Assembly (NCBI GenBank): GCA_034676805.1
Contig: JAXDDO010000064.1
Span: 7,647-71,646 of the forward strand
Source of the DNA: Anaerolineae bacterium
GTDB lineage: Bacteria > Chloroflexota > Anaerolineae > B4-G1 > SLSP01
Direction of reading: 5' to 3'
Length of the DNA stretch: 64,000 nucleotides
Notes under the pieces: generated by a model
The model's database searches: none
The model's input: only the letters and a program-made list of their open reading frames with translations
Told to the model about the DNA's origin: nothing
Program-made: the position numbers and the translations under genes
Part shown: piece after piece, positions 56,505 to 64,000 of the stretch
How the letters are laid out: every line of letters begins with the position of its first letter
How positions within the stretch are numbered: position 1 is the first letter of the stretch

Positions 56505-57242
56505 ATGTTATACGCAAACAGTCCTGTTCCCCTGTACAAGCAACTCTACAGCCAGCTACGCGACGCTATTGAGGGCGGAGAATTCGAGACAGGGCGACGG
56601 CTGCCTTCCGAACGTCAACTCGCCGCCGAGTACGGCGTCAGCCGCCTCACTACCAGAAGGGCACTCGATCTCTTGCAGCAGAATGGGTATGTCCGTGCCT
56701 ATCGGGGTAGAGGCTCTTTCGTGGCCCACGCACCCCACACCGCTCTTGAACCGGTGCCGGCTCAGGGATTCCGTGAGGCAACGCGAAGGCAGGGCCTCAC
56801 GGCACGCAGCAGGGTATTGAGCCAGAGTGTCGTACGTGTCAGCGGCGATGTGGCACGCTACCTCCAGATTCGCGACCTACAGCCGGCCATCAAGCTTCGT
56901 CGCCTGCGGCTGGTCGACGACACGCCGATCGCCCTGGACACAGCCTATCTGTCCTACCCCCTGTGCGCCCCCTTGCTCCAAGTCGACCTCGAGCGGTGTT
57001 CATTGTATCGCTCTCTGGAGGAGGAGGTGAAGATAACACTTGCCTATGCCTATCAAACGCTGCGCAGGACGCTTGGGCAGAGCAACGATCTTCGCCTGCT
57101 GGGGCTCAAACCACCAGCGACTCTAGTACAGCTCAGACGCCAAACCTATGATGGCAACGGTCAAGTTGTGGAGTACGTGGAAGTCCTCTACCTGCCAGAC
57201 GAGGCAGGTCTCTGCCTGCTCCCCGCGATGCCTGTTGTCTGA
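56505..57242 (+). CDS. GntR-family regulator, HutC subfamily (UTRA domain)
   Basis: PLYKQLYSQLRDAIEGGEF...LPSERQLAAEYGVSRLTTRRALDLL. UTRA-like C-terminus. Confidence 0.85.
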   Translation: MLYANSPVPLYKQLYSQLRDAIEGGEFETGRRLPSERQLAAEYGVSRLTTRRALDLLQQNGYVRAYRGRGSFVAHAPHTALEPVPAQGFREATRRQGLTARSRVLSQSVVRVSGDVARYLQIRDLQPAIKLRRLRLVDDTPIALDTAYLSYPLCAPLLQVDLERCSLYRSLEEEVKITLAYAYQTLRRTLGQSNDLRLLGLKPPATLVQLRRQTYDGNGQVVEYVEVLYLPDEAGLCLLPAMPVV

Positions 57243-57295
57243 ATCCTTGTGGTGCGCATCCCCACGCCCCGGGACCACGCGCCAGGCATCACAGC

Positions 57296-57335
57296 GCTGC
57301 CCTGCTGGCCCGGACCAGCAGGGCAGCATTCTTTC
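57296..57335 (+). terminator. Intrinsic terminator after the GntR gene
   Basis: 13-bp perfect stem GCTGCCCTGCTGG / CCAGCAGGGCAGC, 6-nt loop, then ATTCTTTC. Confidence 0.75.
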
Positions 57336-57436
57336 GAGGTTACCCTTGTCGTTGGCATGTTAGCCAGTACAATGAACCGTGTGCCCTTGCGCATGACGGT
57401 AGATCGGGCACTCGAAAACGAGACAAGGGCCCTATC

Positions 57437-58891
57437 ATGAACTCAACCAACACCTCAACCGGCGTGGCCGGCATAGTCCTGGCCGCCGGTGGCTCGCGAC
57501 GCTTCGGACAACCCAAGCAACTCCTGGAGTGGGGCGGCAGACCGCTTGTGACACACATTGCCGACACGGCCTGGATGGCCGGGCTCGACCCGGTCATCGT
57601 TGTTGTGGGAGCGGCTGCAGATCGCGTCATTCCACTCCTGGAGAATCGACCTGTACACGTCGCCAGAAACTACCGCTGGGACCAAGGGATGAGCAGCAGT
57701 CTTCAAGCTGGCATCGTAGCACTGCCACCAGGCACCGAGGCTGCGCTGTTCATCCCTATTGACCAGCCCCTCATCAGCGTGCCCCTCTTGCAGGGATTCG
57801 TACGACAATGGCGCACCACGCGTGCGGGGATCATCGTCCCCAAGGCGCCTGAAGGACAACGCGGCACCCCCGTCCTCTTCGCCAGTGAGTTCTTTCCAGA
57901 ACTTACCGCTTTGACCGGGGACGTCGGCGGTCGGGCCCTCTTTGGGCAGCACGCCCAGCGCGTAACGTACCTCCCGATCTCTGACGCCTCGATCCTGGCC
58001 GATGTTGACACTCCCGAGACGTATACCGCGCTGCTGGAGTCGACGCAAGCTGCAGGTCCAGCGATCGACTGGGATTCGCTACGGGGGCTGATCTGCGATA
58101 TGGATGGCGTACTGTGGCGGGGAGACAGCCCGCTGCCGGGCCTAGAGGCGTTCTTTGCAGTCCTGGAGGCCCTGCAGATCAGCTATATGCTTGTCACTAA
58201 CAACTCAAGCCGCACACCGGACCAATACGTCGAGAAGCTGCGTAAGATGGGGGTTGAGACGACAACCAAGCACGTCCTGAACTCGGCCATGGCTGCTGCA
58301 CGCCATATCGCCGAGACGAAACCGGACGCCACCGTCTTCGCCATCGGCGGGCCGGGTGTGCGCCAGGCGGTGGAGGCCGAAGGGCTTGCCTATCGCGACG
58401 ACATCGGGATCAAGCATGCAGACTTCGTGCTGGTCGGTTGGGATCAACAACTGACCTGGACCAAGCTCGCAGCAGCCACGCGACTGATTCTCGATGGCGC
58501 AACTTTCGTTAGCACAAATCCCGATCGCACGTTTCCACTGGAGGCCACACTGGCACCTGGTAACGGCGCGCAGACCGCTGCGTTGACCGCGGCCACGGGC
58601 GTAACCCCGATCGTCGCGGGCAAACCCGCAGCCTTGCTCTACCAGCAGGCAATGGCGCGCATGGGCACACCCCCGGAGAGCACGCTTGTCATAGGCGACC
58701 GGCTCGATACCGATATCCTGGGCGGCATTCGTCTTGGCAACCCTACGGCGCTGGTGCTCACCGGTGTGTCGACTGCCGACGAGCTGCACGGTTCACCCAT
58801 CCGCCCCACCATCGTCTTCAACGACTTGCCATCTCTGACTGAGGCTTGGTACCGATCCGCAATCAAGAAGGAAGACCCTCACAATGGCTAA
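57437..58891 (+). CDS. Fusion protein: MocA/MobA-like molybdenum-cofactor nucleotidyltransferase plus HAD-IIA (NagD-like) phosphatase
   Basis: N-terminal IVLAAGGSRRFGQPKQLL. C-terminal DMDGVLW, VTNNSS, AGKP, GDRLDTDI HAD-IIA motifs. Confidence 0.85.
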   Translation: MNSTNTSTGVAGIVLAAGGSRRFGQPKQLLEWGGRPLVTHIADTAWMAGLDPVIVVVGAAADRVIPLLENRPVHVARNYRWDQGMSSSLQAGIVALPPGTEAALFIPIDQPLISVPLLQGFVRQWRTTRAGIIVPKAPEGQRGTPVLFASEFFPELTALTGDVGGRALFGQHAQRVTYLPISDASILADVDTPETYTALLESTQAAGPAIDWDSLRGLICDMDGVLWRGDSPLPGLEAFFAVLEALQISYMLVTNNSSRTPDQYVEKLRKMGVETTTKHVLNSAMAAARHIAETKPDATVFAIGGPGVRQAVEAEGLAYRDDIGIKHADFVLVGWDQQLTWTKLAAATRLILDGATFVSTNPDRTFPLEATLAPGNGAQTAALTAATGVTPIVAGKPAALLYQQAMARMGTPPESTLVIGDRLDTDILGGIRLGNPTALVLTGVSTADELHGSPIRPTIVFNDLPSLTEAWYRSAIKKEDPHNG

Positions 58892-59942
58892 CCAGAAACC
58901 CAATCTGTACGATCTGGATCTTGGTGGACTGGAGGCACTGCTGCGCGACTGGGGCGAGCCCCGCTACCGTGCCGACCAGATCTGGACATGGCTATATCGT
59001 CATCTGGCGACCGAATTCGCACAGATGACCTCGCTCTCGAAGTCTCTGCGCGCCAAGCTGGAAGCGCAGACGGTGCTCTACGTCCCGCCGGTTGTCACGG
59101 TCGAGGAATCCATCGACGGAGAGACCCGCAAAGACCTCCTGGAGATGGCAGATGGAGAGCGCGTCGAGGTCGTGCTGATGCGCTATATCGATCGGCGCAG
59201 TGCCTGCATCTCTACCCAGGTGGGCTGCGCTGTGGGCTGCGAGTTCTGCGCTACGGGCCAGATGGGACTTCGCCGTAGCCTGACCAGCGGCGAAATCGTG
59301 GCCCAAGTGTTGCACCTGGAGCGTGAACTGCGCGCCCAAGGCCAGCACCTGACAAACGTGGTTCTGATGGGAATGGGCGAGCCCTTCTTCAACTACGACA
59401 ACACCCTGGCGGCGCTAAAGCGGCTGATTCATCCGCAGGGGCTCCAGATAGGGCAACGACGTATCACGTTGAGCACGGCCGGTATCGTGCCCGGCATAAG
59501 GCGCTTTGCCGGGGAAGAGCTTCAGGTCAACTTGGCAGTATCGCTCCACGCGGCGACTGATGAACTTCGCAACCAACTCATGCCTGTGAACCGGCGTTAC
59601 GGCATCGATGCGCTCTTCGGCGCCGTGCAGGATTACATCGAGAAGACCAATCGCAGGGTGACCTTCGAGTGGGTGCTGATCGATGGCATCAACGATACGC
59701 CCGATCAGGCCACGGCCCTGGCCGCCAGAGTGACAGGGATGTTGGCACAGGTGAATCTTATCGCCCTCAATCCAACTGCAGGCTATGCGGGTCGCCCTTC
59801 CCCAGCCGACCGCATCGAGGCGTTCACCCAGATACTGGATCGCCGGCACATCCCCTATACACTGCGACTACGGCGCGGTTCGGATATCCAGGCCGGTTGC
59901 GGCCAGCTGCGCGCCAAAAGTGCGAACAATAGCCTCGCGTAA
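58884..59942 (+). CDS. rlmN: 23S rRNA/tRNA (adenine-C2)-methyltransferase, radical SAM
   Basis: CAVGCEFCATG radical-SAM cluster, MGMGEPF, C-terminal GSDIQAGCGQL. Overlaps the upstream gene by 8 nt. Confidence 0.9.
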   Translation: MANQKPNLYDLDLGGLEALLRDWGEPRYRADQIWTWLYRHLATEFAQMTSLSKSLRAKLEAQTVLYVPPVVTVEESIDGETRKDLLEMADGERVEVVLMRYIDRRSACISTQVGCAVGCEFCATGQMGLRRSLTSGEIVAQVLHLERELRAQGQHLTNVVLMGMGEPFFNYDNTLAALKRLIHPQGLQIGQRRITLSTAGIVPGIRRFAGEELQVNLAVSLHAATDELRNQLMPVNRRYGIDALFGAVQDYIEKTNRRVTFEWVLIDGINDTPDQATALAARVTGMLAQVNLIALNPTAGYAGRPSPADRIEAFTQILDRRHIPYTLRLRRGSDIQAGCGQLRAKSANNSLA

Positions 59943-60045
59943 GGGAAGCGTCAGATTGGCGTCAAGTAGATAAGGTAATAAAACGGTATATTTAGAGTGT
60001 ACGGAGTCGGGGGCCGTAGACAGAGATTCTCCTCCTTCTGATCAA

Positions 60046-60079
60046 GCCGGGGGTATGGGACGCCCCCGGCGTTTTTTTT
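60046..60079 (+). terminator. Canonical intrinsic terminator
   Basis: GCCGGGGG-TATGGGACG-CCCCCGGC followed by G and T8. Confidence 0.85.
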
Positions 60080-60125
60080 GGGACACCTCAGGTTCTCGCT
60101 GCTCCACCGCCGTGCGGAAAGGTGC

Positions 60126-60153
60126 TTGCCTCACCAAGCATCCGTGATAGACT
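60126..60153 (+). promoter_or_regulatory. Putative dnaX promoter
   Basis: TTGCCT, 16 nt, TAGACT. GGGAGG RBS at 60166-60171. ATG at 60177. Confidence 0.5.
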
Positions 60154-60176
60154 AGCCTTGATCATGGGAGGCTGCG

Positions 60177-61931
60177 ATGGGGCAAGCGCTATACCGCAAA
60201 TGGCGACCACAGACGTTTGACGACGTCGTCGGCCAGGAACACATTGTCAAGACCCTGCGTAATGCCCTGCGGTCCGGGCACATCCACCACGCGTACCTTC
60301 TTGCCGGCCCCCGCGGTACCGGGAAAACCACGACCGCTCGTCTCATCGCCAAGGCTGTCAACTGCCTCTCGCCAGCGGAGCAACGCCCCTGTAACCACTG
60401 TGAGATCTGCAATGCAGTCACCGAGGGGCGGCTGATGGACCTTACCGAAATCGACGCGGCCTCCAACACAGGGGTCGACAACATCCGCGATCTGCTGGAA
60501 AAGGTCGGTTTCCGGCCCGCTCTGGCGACCTACAAAGTCTACGTCGTGGACGAGGTACACATGCTTTCCACGCAGGCGTTCAACGCCCTGCTGAAGACAC
60601 TGGAGGAGCCGCCCGAGCACGTCATCTTCGTCCTCGCAACGACGGAAGTTCACAAGATCCCAGAAACGATTCTGTCGCGCTGCCAACGCTTTGAGTTCAG
60701 ACGTATCCCCTTGGACGCACTGGTTGGCCGGCTAGAGCAACTCGCTGTAGCCGAAGGGGTTGAGGCTGAACCAGAGGCATTGGACTTGATTGCCCGCACT
60801 GCTACCGGCAGTATGCGTGATGCCATCAGCCTCCTCGATCAGATGGCCGCCGGAGGCACAGTTACGGCGGACTACGTGCGGCTGATGCTTGGCGCTGAGC
60901 GCCGCGAAGTCGTCCGGTCGCTGTTGAGTGCGTGGGTCGATCGAGACCTGACCGAAGGCCTTCAAGTCATCAATCGCGCCATCGATAGCGGCGCGGACCC
61001 TCGCCAGCTATCGAGGCAGATCGCGGACTCCATGCGCGGCTTGCTGTTGATGCGGTTCGGTGCAGGCCATGCCTGGGCCGATCCGACCGCCGAGGAACGT
61101 CCCATCTTTGCCGAGATGGCGCGCAAAGCTGAGCCCGAGCGGCTGGTCGAGGCCATCCGCCGCTTCAGTGAAGTGGCGGCCAAACAGCGCACCGGGTGGC
61201 AGCCACAGCTTCCCCTGGAGTTGGCCTTTGTCGAGGCATCGTTGCTGCCCACCGCCCCTCCACAACACCATGCCCCCTCCCCCGAATCAGCGCCGACCGC
61301 ACCGCAGCCGGCGACCCAGCAACCGGTAGCCAGAGAAGAGCCCAAAAATGCCGCCGGAGACGCACCCCGGCGAAAAGCAGCACCTGCGCCGGCACTTGCT
61401 TCGACGCTGCATAGCTCACCACCCCACGTTTCCGAAGCCTCTGAGGCCCCCTTCGAGGAGCCTTTGACACCGGCGTCCGCAGAGGCCACAGCACCGGCCT
61501 CAGAGAAAGAGCTGGACCCGGACCAAGTGGATGTCGTGAAGAACAACTGGCAGGAGATCATCAAACAGGTACAGCCGGTGAATCTCGGCGCGCTCCTCCG
61601 CGACGCAAGGGTGGCCGGCCAGGACCGCGAAGGCAGGCTGGTCTTGGTCTTCCAGCACACGTTTCACTGCAGCAAAGTCGCCGAGCAGGGGAATCTGCGG
61701 CGATTGGAAGACACGCTGTCGCGCCACATTAGCGGTCCTTTCAGCGTTCGATGTGTTCTCGAGGAAGACTGGCAAGCACACGCGCCGACCGGCGAAGTCG
61801 CGGGCAGACCCGCACCGGCAAAGCCCGCACCATCGCGAAAGAAACCCGCGCCGGCAGTCCCTGTCGAAGAGGACGACCTTATCCGGCGCGCACAGGAAGA
61901 GCTGGGCGCCGTGCCGCGAGTCAACAGCTGA
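60177..61931 (+). CDS. dnaX: DNA polymerase III subunit tau (gamma/tau)
   Basis: GPRGTGKTT Walker A, Zn module CNHCEIC, SRCQRFEF sensor. Pro/Ala-rich linker and a tau C-terminal region. Confidence 0.95.
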   Translation: MGQALYRKWRPQTFDDVVGQEHIVKTLRNALRSGHIHHAYLLAGPRGTGKTTTARLIAKAVNCLSPAEQRPCNHCEICNAVTEGRLMDLTEIDAASNTGVDNIRDLLEKVGFRPALATYKVYVVDEVHMLSTQAFNALLKTLEEPPEHVIFVLATTEVHKIPETILSRCQRFEFRRIPLDALVGRLEQLAVAEGVEAEPEALDLIARTATGSMRDAISLLDQMAAGGTVTADYVRLMLGAERREVVRSLLSAWVDRDLTEGLQVINRAIDSGADPRQLSRQIADSMRGLLLMRFGAGHAWADPTAEERPIFAEMARKAEPERLVEAIRRFSEVAAKQRTGWQPQLPLELAFVEASLLPTAPPQHHAPSPESAPTAPQPATQQPVAREEPKNAAGDAPRRKAAPAPALASTLHSSPPHVSEASEAPFEEPLTPASAEATAPASEKELDPDQVDVVKNNWQEIIKQVQPVNLGALLRDARVAGQDREGRLVLVFQHTFHCSKVAEQGNLRRLEDTLSRHISGPFSVRCVLEEDWQAHAPTGEVAGRPAPAKPAPSRKKPAPAVPVEEDDLIRRAQEELGAVPRVNS

Positions 61932-62040
61932 CAACCGCGCGCGGATCCATTAGGAGTCTTCCTCCGGAGTCACCATGCCCTTGCAGACCGGGCTTGGAGA
62001 CCAGAAAAGATGCTAAGAACCTATCATTCAAGGAGAACCT

Positions 62041-62382
62041 ATGGCTCACCGTAAGAGTGGCTACGGCAGAATGCAGATGAACCCTAACGACCTGATGCGC
62101 CAGGTCCAGAAGATGCAGACCGAAATTGCTGCCATCCAGGAAGAGGCCAACCGCGAGGTCATCGAGGTCTCCTCCGGTGGGGGTATGATCACGTTGGCGA
62201 TCAATGGGGCACTGGAGGTCCAGCATATCGAGATCAACCCCGAGGTCGTCGACCCTGACGATGTCGAGATGCTTCAGGACTTGGTGCTCGCAGCGGTCAA
62301 CGAAGGCATTCAGAAAGCCCAGGCGATGGTTGCGGATCGTATGGCTTCCGTGACCGGTGGCCTCGGGATTCCAGGTCTGTAG
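62041..62382 (+). CDS. ybaB: YbaB/EbfC nucleoid-associated protein
   Basis: NPNDLMRQVQKMQ... typical YbaB. Conserved dnaX-ybaB-recR order. Confidence 0.9.
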   Translation: MAHRKSGYGRMQMNPNDLMRQVQKMQTEIAAIQEEANREVIEVSSGGGMITLAINGALEVQHIEINPEVVDPDDVEMLQDLVLAAVNEGIQKAQAMVADRMASVTGGLGIPGL

Positions 62383-62414
62383 TTCGCCAACGCTCCCTAT
62401 GCGGATTCCAACGC

Positions 62415-63020
62415 ATGTCTAGTTCAGCGGTTCCCCCTTCAGTAACTCAACTGATCGAGGCGTTCGCCAAGCTGCCGGGCATTGGCCCCAAGACAGCATC
62501 GCGTCTCGCTTTCTTCCTCTTGCGTGGCAAGTCCGAGCTGGCGCTTAGCCTTGCAGAGGCGCTTCAGGGACTCGTGACCAACACGCGCTTCTGCTCGATA
62601 TGCTACAACGTGACTGAAGCCGATCCCTGCCCAATCTGCTCCGATCCAATGCGTGATCAGGGCCTCGTCTGCGTGATTGAAGAGCCTATGGACCTGTTGT
62701 CGCTCGAGCGAACTGAGAACTACCGCGGCGTCTACCATGTCTTGCACGGAGCGCTATCGCCCCTCGAGGGGATTTTCGCAGAAGACCTCCGCATTACCGA
62801 GTTGGAGAAGCGTGTTCGAGAAGCCCAGATTAACGAGATCATCCTCGCGACGAACCCTACCAGCGAGGGAGATTACACCGCGGCCTACCTGGTTCAGCGC
62901 TTGAAGCCGTTGGGTGTCCGCATCACGCGCCTCGGTCGTGGCCTGCCAGTGGGGGGCGACCTGGAGTACGCCGACGCCGTCACCTTGTCGCGGGCGCTGG
63001 AATCGAGGCAGGAACTGTGA
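62415..63020 (+). CDS. recR: Recombination protein RecR
   Basis: HhH LPGIGPKTA, zinc finger CSICYNVTEADPCPIC, Toprim domain. Confidence 0.95.
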   Translation: MSSSAVPPSVTQLIEAFAKLPGIGPKTASRLAFFLLRGKSELALSLAEALQGLVTNTRFCSICYNVTEADPCPICSDPMRDQGLVCVIEEPMDLLSLERTENYRGVYHVLHGALSPLEGIFAEDLRITELEKRVREAQINEIILATNPTSEGDYTAAYLVQRLKPLGVRITRLGRGLPVGGDLEYADAVTLSRALESRQEL

Positions 63021-63065
63021 TGCCCCCAAACGCAACGCGTCAGCGCCGTTTCGGGAGGTCCTGAC

Positions 63066-63971
63066 GTGGAGAACACTTGGCGCGTAGAGATACGCACCGG
63101 CTGGATCGTCGGCCTGGCACTGGCCGTGATCTTGATCGCCGCGACGGTAGGCCTGATCGTTCTGGCCGTGGTTACGCCTATCTCGATCCGCGTCTTCCTG
63201 ATAGGTCTAGGCGCATGCCTGACGCTCGGCCTCGCCATTCGTGTCCTCTACCAGCTCTGGGGGCTGATCAACGCGAGTTACGAGTTGGACCGCAACGCCC
63301 TAACCATCCATTGGGGACCAGTGGTACACCAGATCCCTATGGGGTCTGTTCGTGAAGTCATCTCCGGCACGAAGCTCGAAGACCTGCGCGTCCGTCCCAG
63401 CCTCCGCTGGCCAGGCTACGGCGTAGCGATCGGACGTGGCGCGGGTGTGGACCCCATCCTCTTCTATGGGACTCGCGCGCCCCGGTCGCAAGCGATTGTG
63501 CGCACCGACGCGCTGGCGTATGGCGTCTCGCCAGCCGACCTGGAAGAGTTCCTTGTGGCGCTGCGCGAGCGGCTGGAGATGGGTCCCACGCAGGAGGTTG
63601 ATCAGCGCTCGTCGCATCCAGGGTTCTTGGACTGGCCAATCTGGCGCGACCGGTGGGCTTTGGGTATGCTCACAGGTAGTGTGATGCTCCTGGTTTTGCT
63701 GGTGGGCTTGCTCTGCTGGCGCTATCCCTATCTTCCCGCCGAGATTGCGCTCCGATTCTCGCCGGGCGGGGAGCCTCTGCTGATCACCCGCGCAGCGCGT
63801 ATCTTCTACTTTGCCCTCCTGGGCACGATCTTCGTGCTGCTCAATGGTGGGCTGGGGCTCTTCTTCTACTCCCGCGAGCGACCGGTCTCATACTTCCTGT
63901 GGAGCGGCCTGCTGGCTGCATTGGGCAGCCTCTGGGCAGGGGTGGTCTCCATCCTGTTGATGCAGAGCTAA
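63066..63971 (+). CDS. Membrane protein with a bacterial-PH-like segment, unknown function
   Basis: GTG start. Two N-terminal TM helices, YELDRNALTIHWGPVVHQIPMGSVREV (bPH_2-like), then four C-terminal TM helices. Confidence 0.5.
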   Translation: MENTWRVEIRTGWIVGLALAVILIAATVGLIVLAVVTPISIRVFLIGLGACLTLGLAIRVLYQLWGLINASYELDRNALTIHWGPVVHQIPMGSVREVISGTKLEDLRVRPSLRWPGYGVAIGRGAGVDPILFYGTRAPRSQAIVRTDALAYGVSPADLEEFLVALRERLEMGPTQEVDQRSSHPGFLDWPIWRDRWALGMLTGSVMLLVLLVGLLCWRYPYLPAEIALRFSPGGEPLLITRAARIFYFALLGTIFVLLNGGLGLFFYSRERPVSYFLWSGLLAALGSLWAGVVSILLMQS

Positions 63972-64000
63972 TTTGATTCAGCTGGCAGCTTTCGACCTGG

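Noticed and set aside
56299-56820. 173-aa ORF spanning the intergenic region and the 5' end of the GntR gene
   Set aside because: It is out of frame with, and overlaps, a GntR gene that has a clear HTH. It has no RBS and a Cys/Arg/Ser-rich composition.
57243-57436. Moco riboswitch upstream of the MocA-HAD gene
   Set aside because: The spacer is mostly the GntR terminator. The remaining ~100 nt lacks the conserved Moco-motif elements I remember and is too short for that ~130-nt RNA.
59943-60176. SRP (4.5S/scr) RNA gene, which precedes dnaX-ybaB-recR in many Firmicutes-like gene orders
   Set aside because: Neither the conserved domain-IV sequence (AGGUCCGGAAGGAAGCAGCC-like) nor the GGAA tetraloop is present on either strand.
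60177-61931. Programmed ribosomal frameshift or transcriptional slippage site producing a gamma subunit from dnaX
   Set aside because: No A-AAA-AAG heptamer or long A-run is visible in the ORF; the longest run I saw is AAAAA near 61340. There is no evidence for recoding.

Overview
GC-rich bacterial chromosomal segment. The strong third-position G/C bias produces many long antisense shadow ORFs. About 55 protein-coding genes can be supported. I found no rRNA, tRNA, CRISPR array, transposase, integrase or phage gene, so this reads as core/metabolic chromosome rather than an accessory island. The protein repertoire (several L,D-transpeptidases, LysM and PA14 wall/glycan proteins, Thr/Pro-rich linkers, many lipoproteins) suggests a Chloroflexota/Thermomicrobia-like organism, but that is inference only. 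Left to right: tail of a CUT1 sugar ABC transporter; a housekeeping run (DJ-1/PfpI, L35, FAD oxidoreductase, HhH protein, isochorismatase-family hydrolase, YihY, lipid kinase); gyrB; a ~15 kb all-minus-strand array (17.4-32.7 kb) joining a xanthine-dehydrogenase-type molybdoenzyme to a YgeW-like carbamoyltransferase / YgeY-like M20 peptidase / carbamate kinase triad and two fold-type-II PLP enzymes, headed by a GntR regulator; a PA14-YdjC-GPH transporter locus; cell-wall genes and two sensor kinases; mutY, suhB-like, ftsB-like genes; a MocA-HAD fusion; and rlmN, dnaX-ybaB-recR. Best candidates for undescribed biology: (1) a 594-aa protein with a nucleoside-phosphorylase-like C-terminal domain and an unrecognisable N-terminal ~370 aa, translationally coupled between the two XDH subunit genes; (2) the variant Yge-type purine-catabolism cluster, where a threonine-synthase-like enzyme sits where YgeX would be; (3) a membrane sensor kinase whose phospho-acceptor His reads Asn, coupled to a LysM protein. 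All functions are inferred from motifs I could read in the supplied translations. No database search was run.
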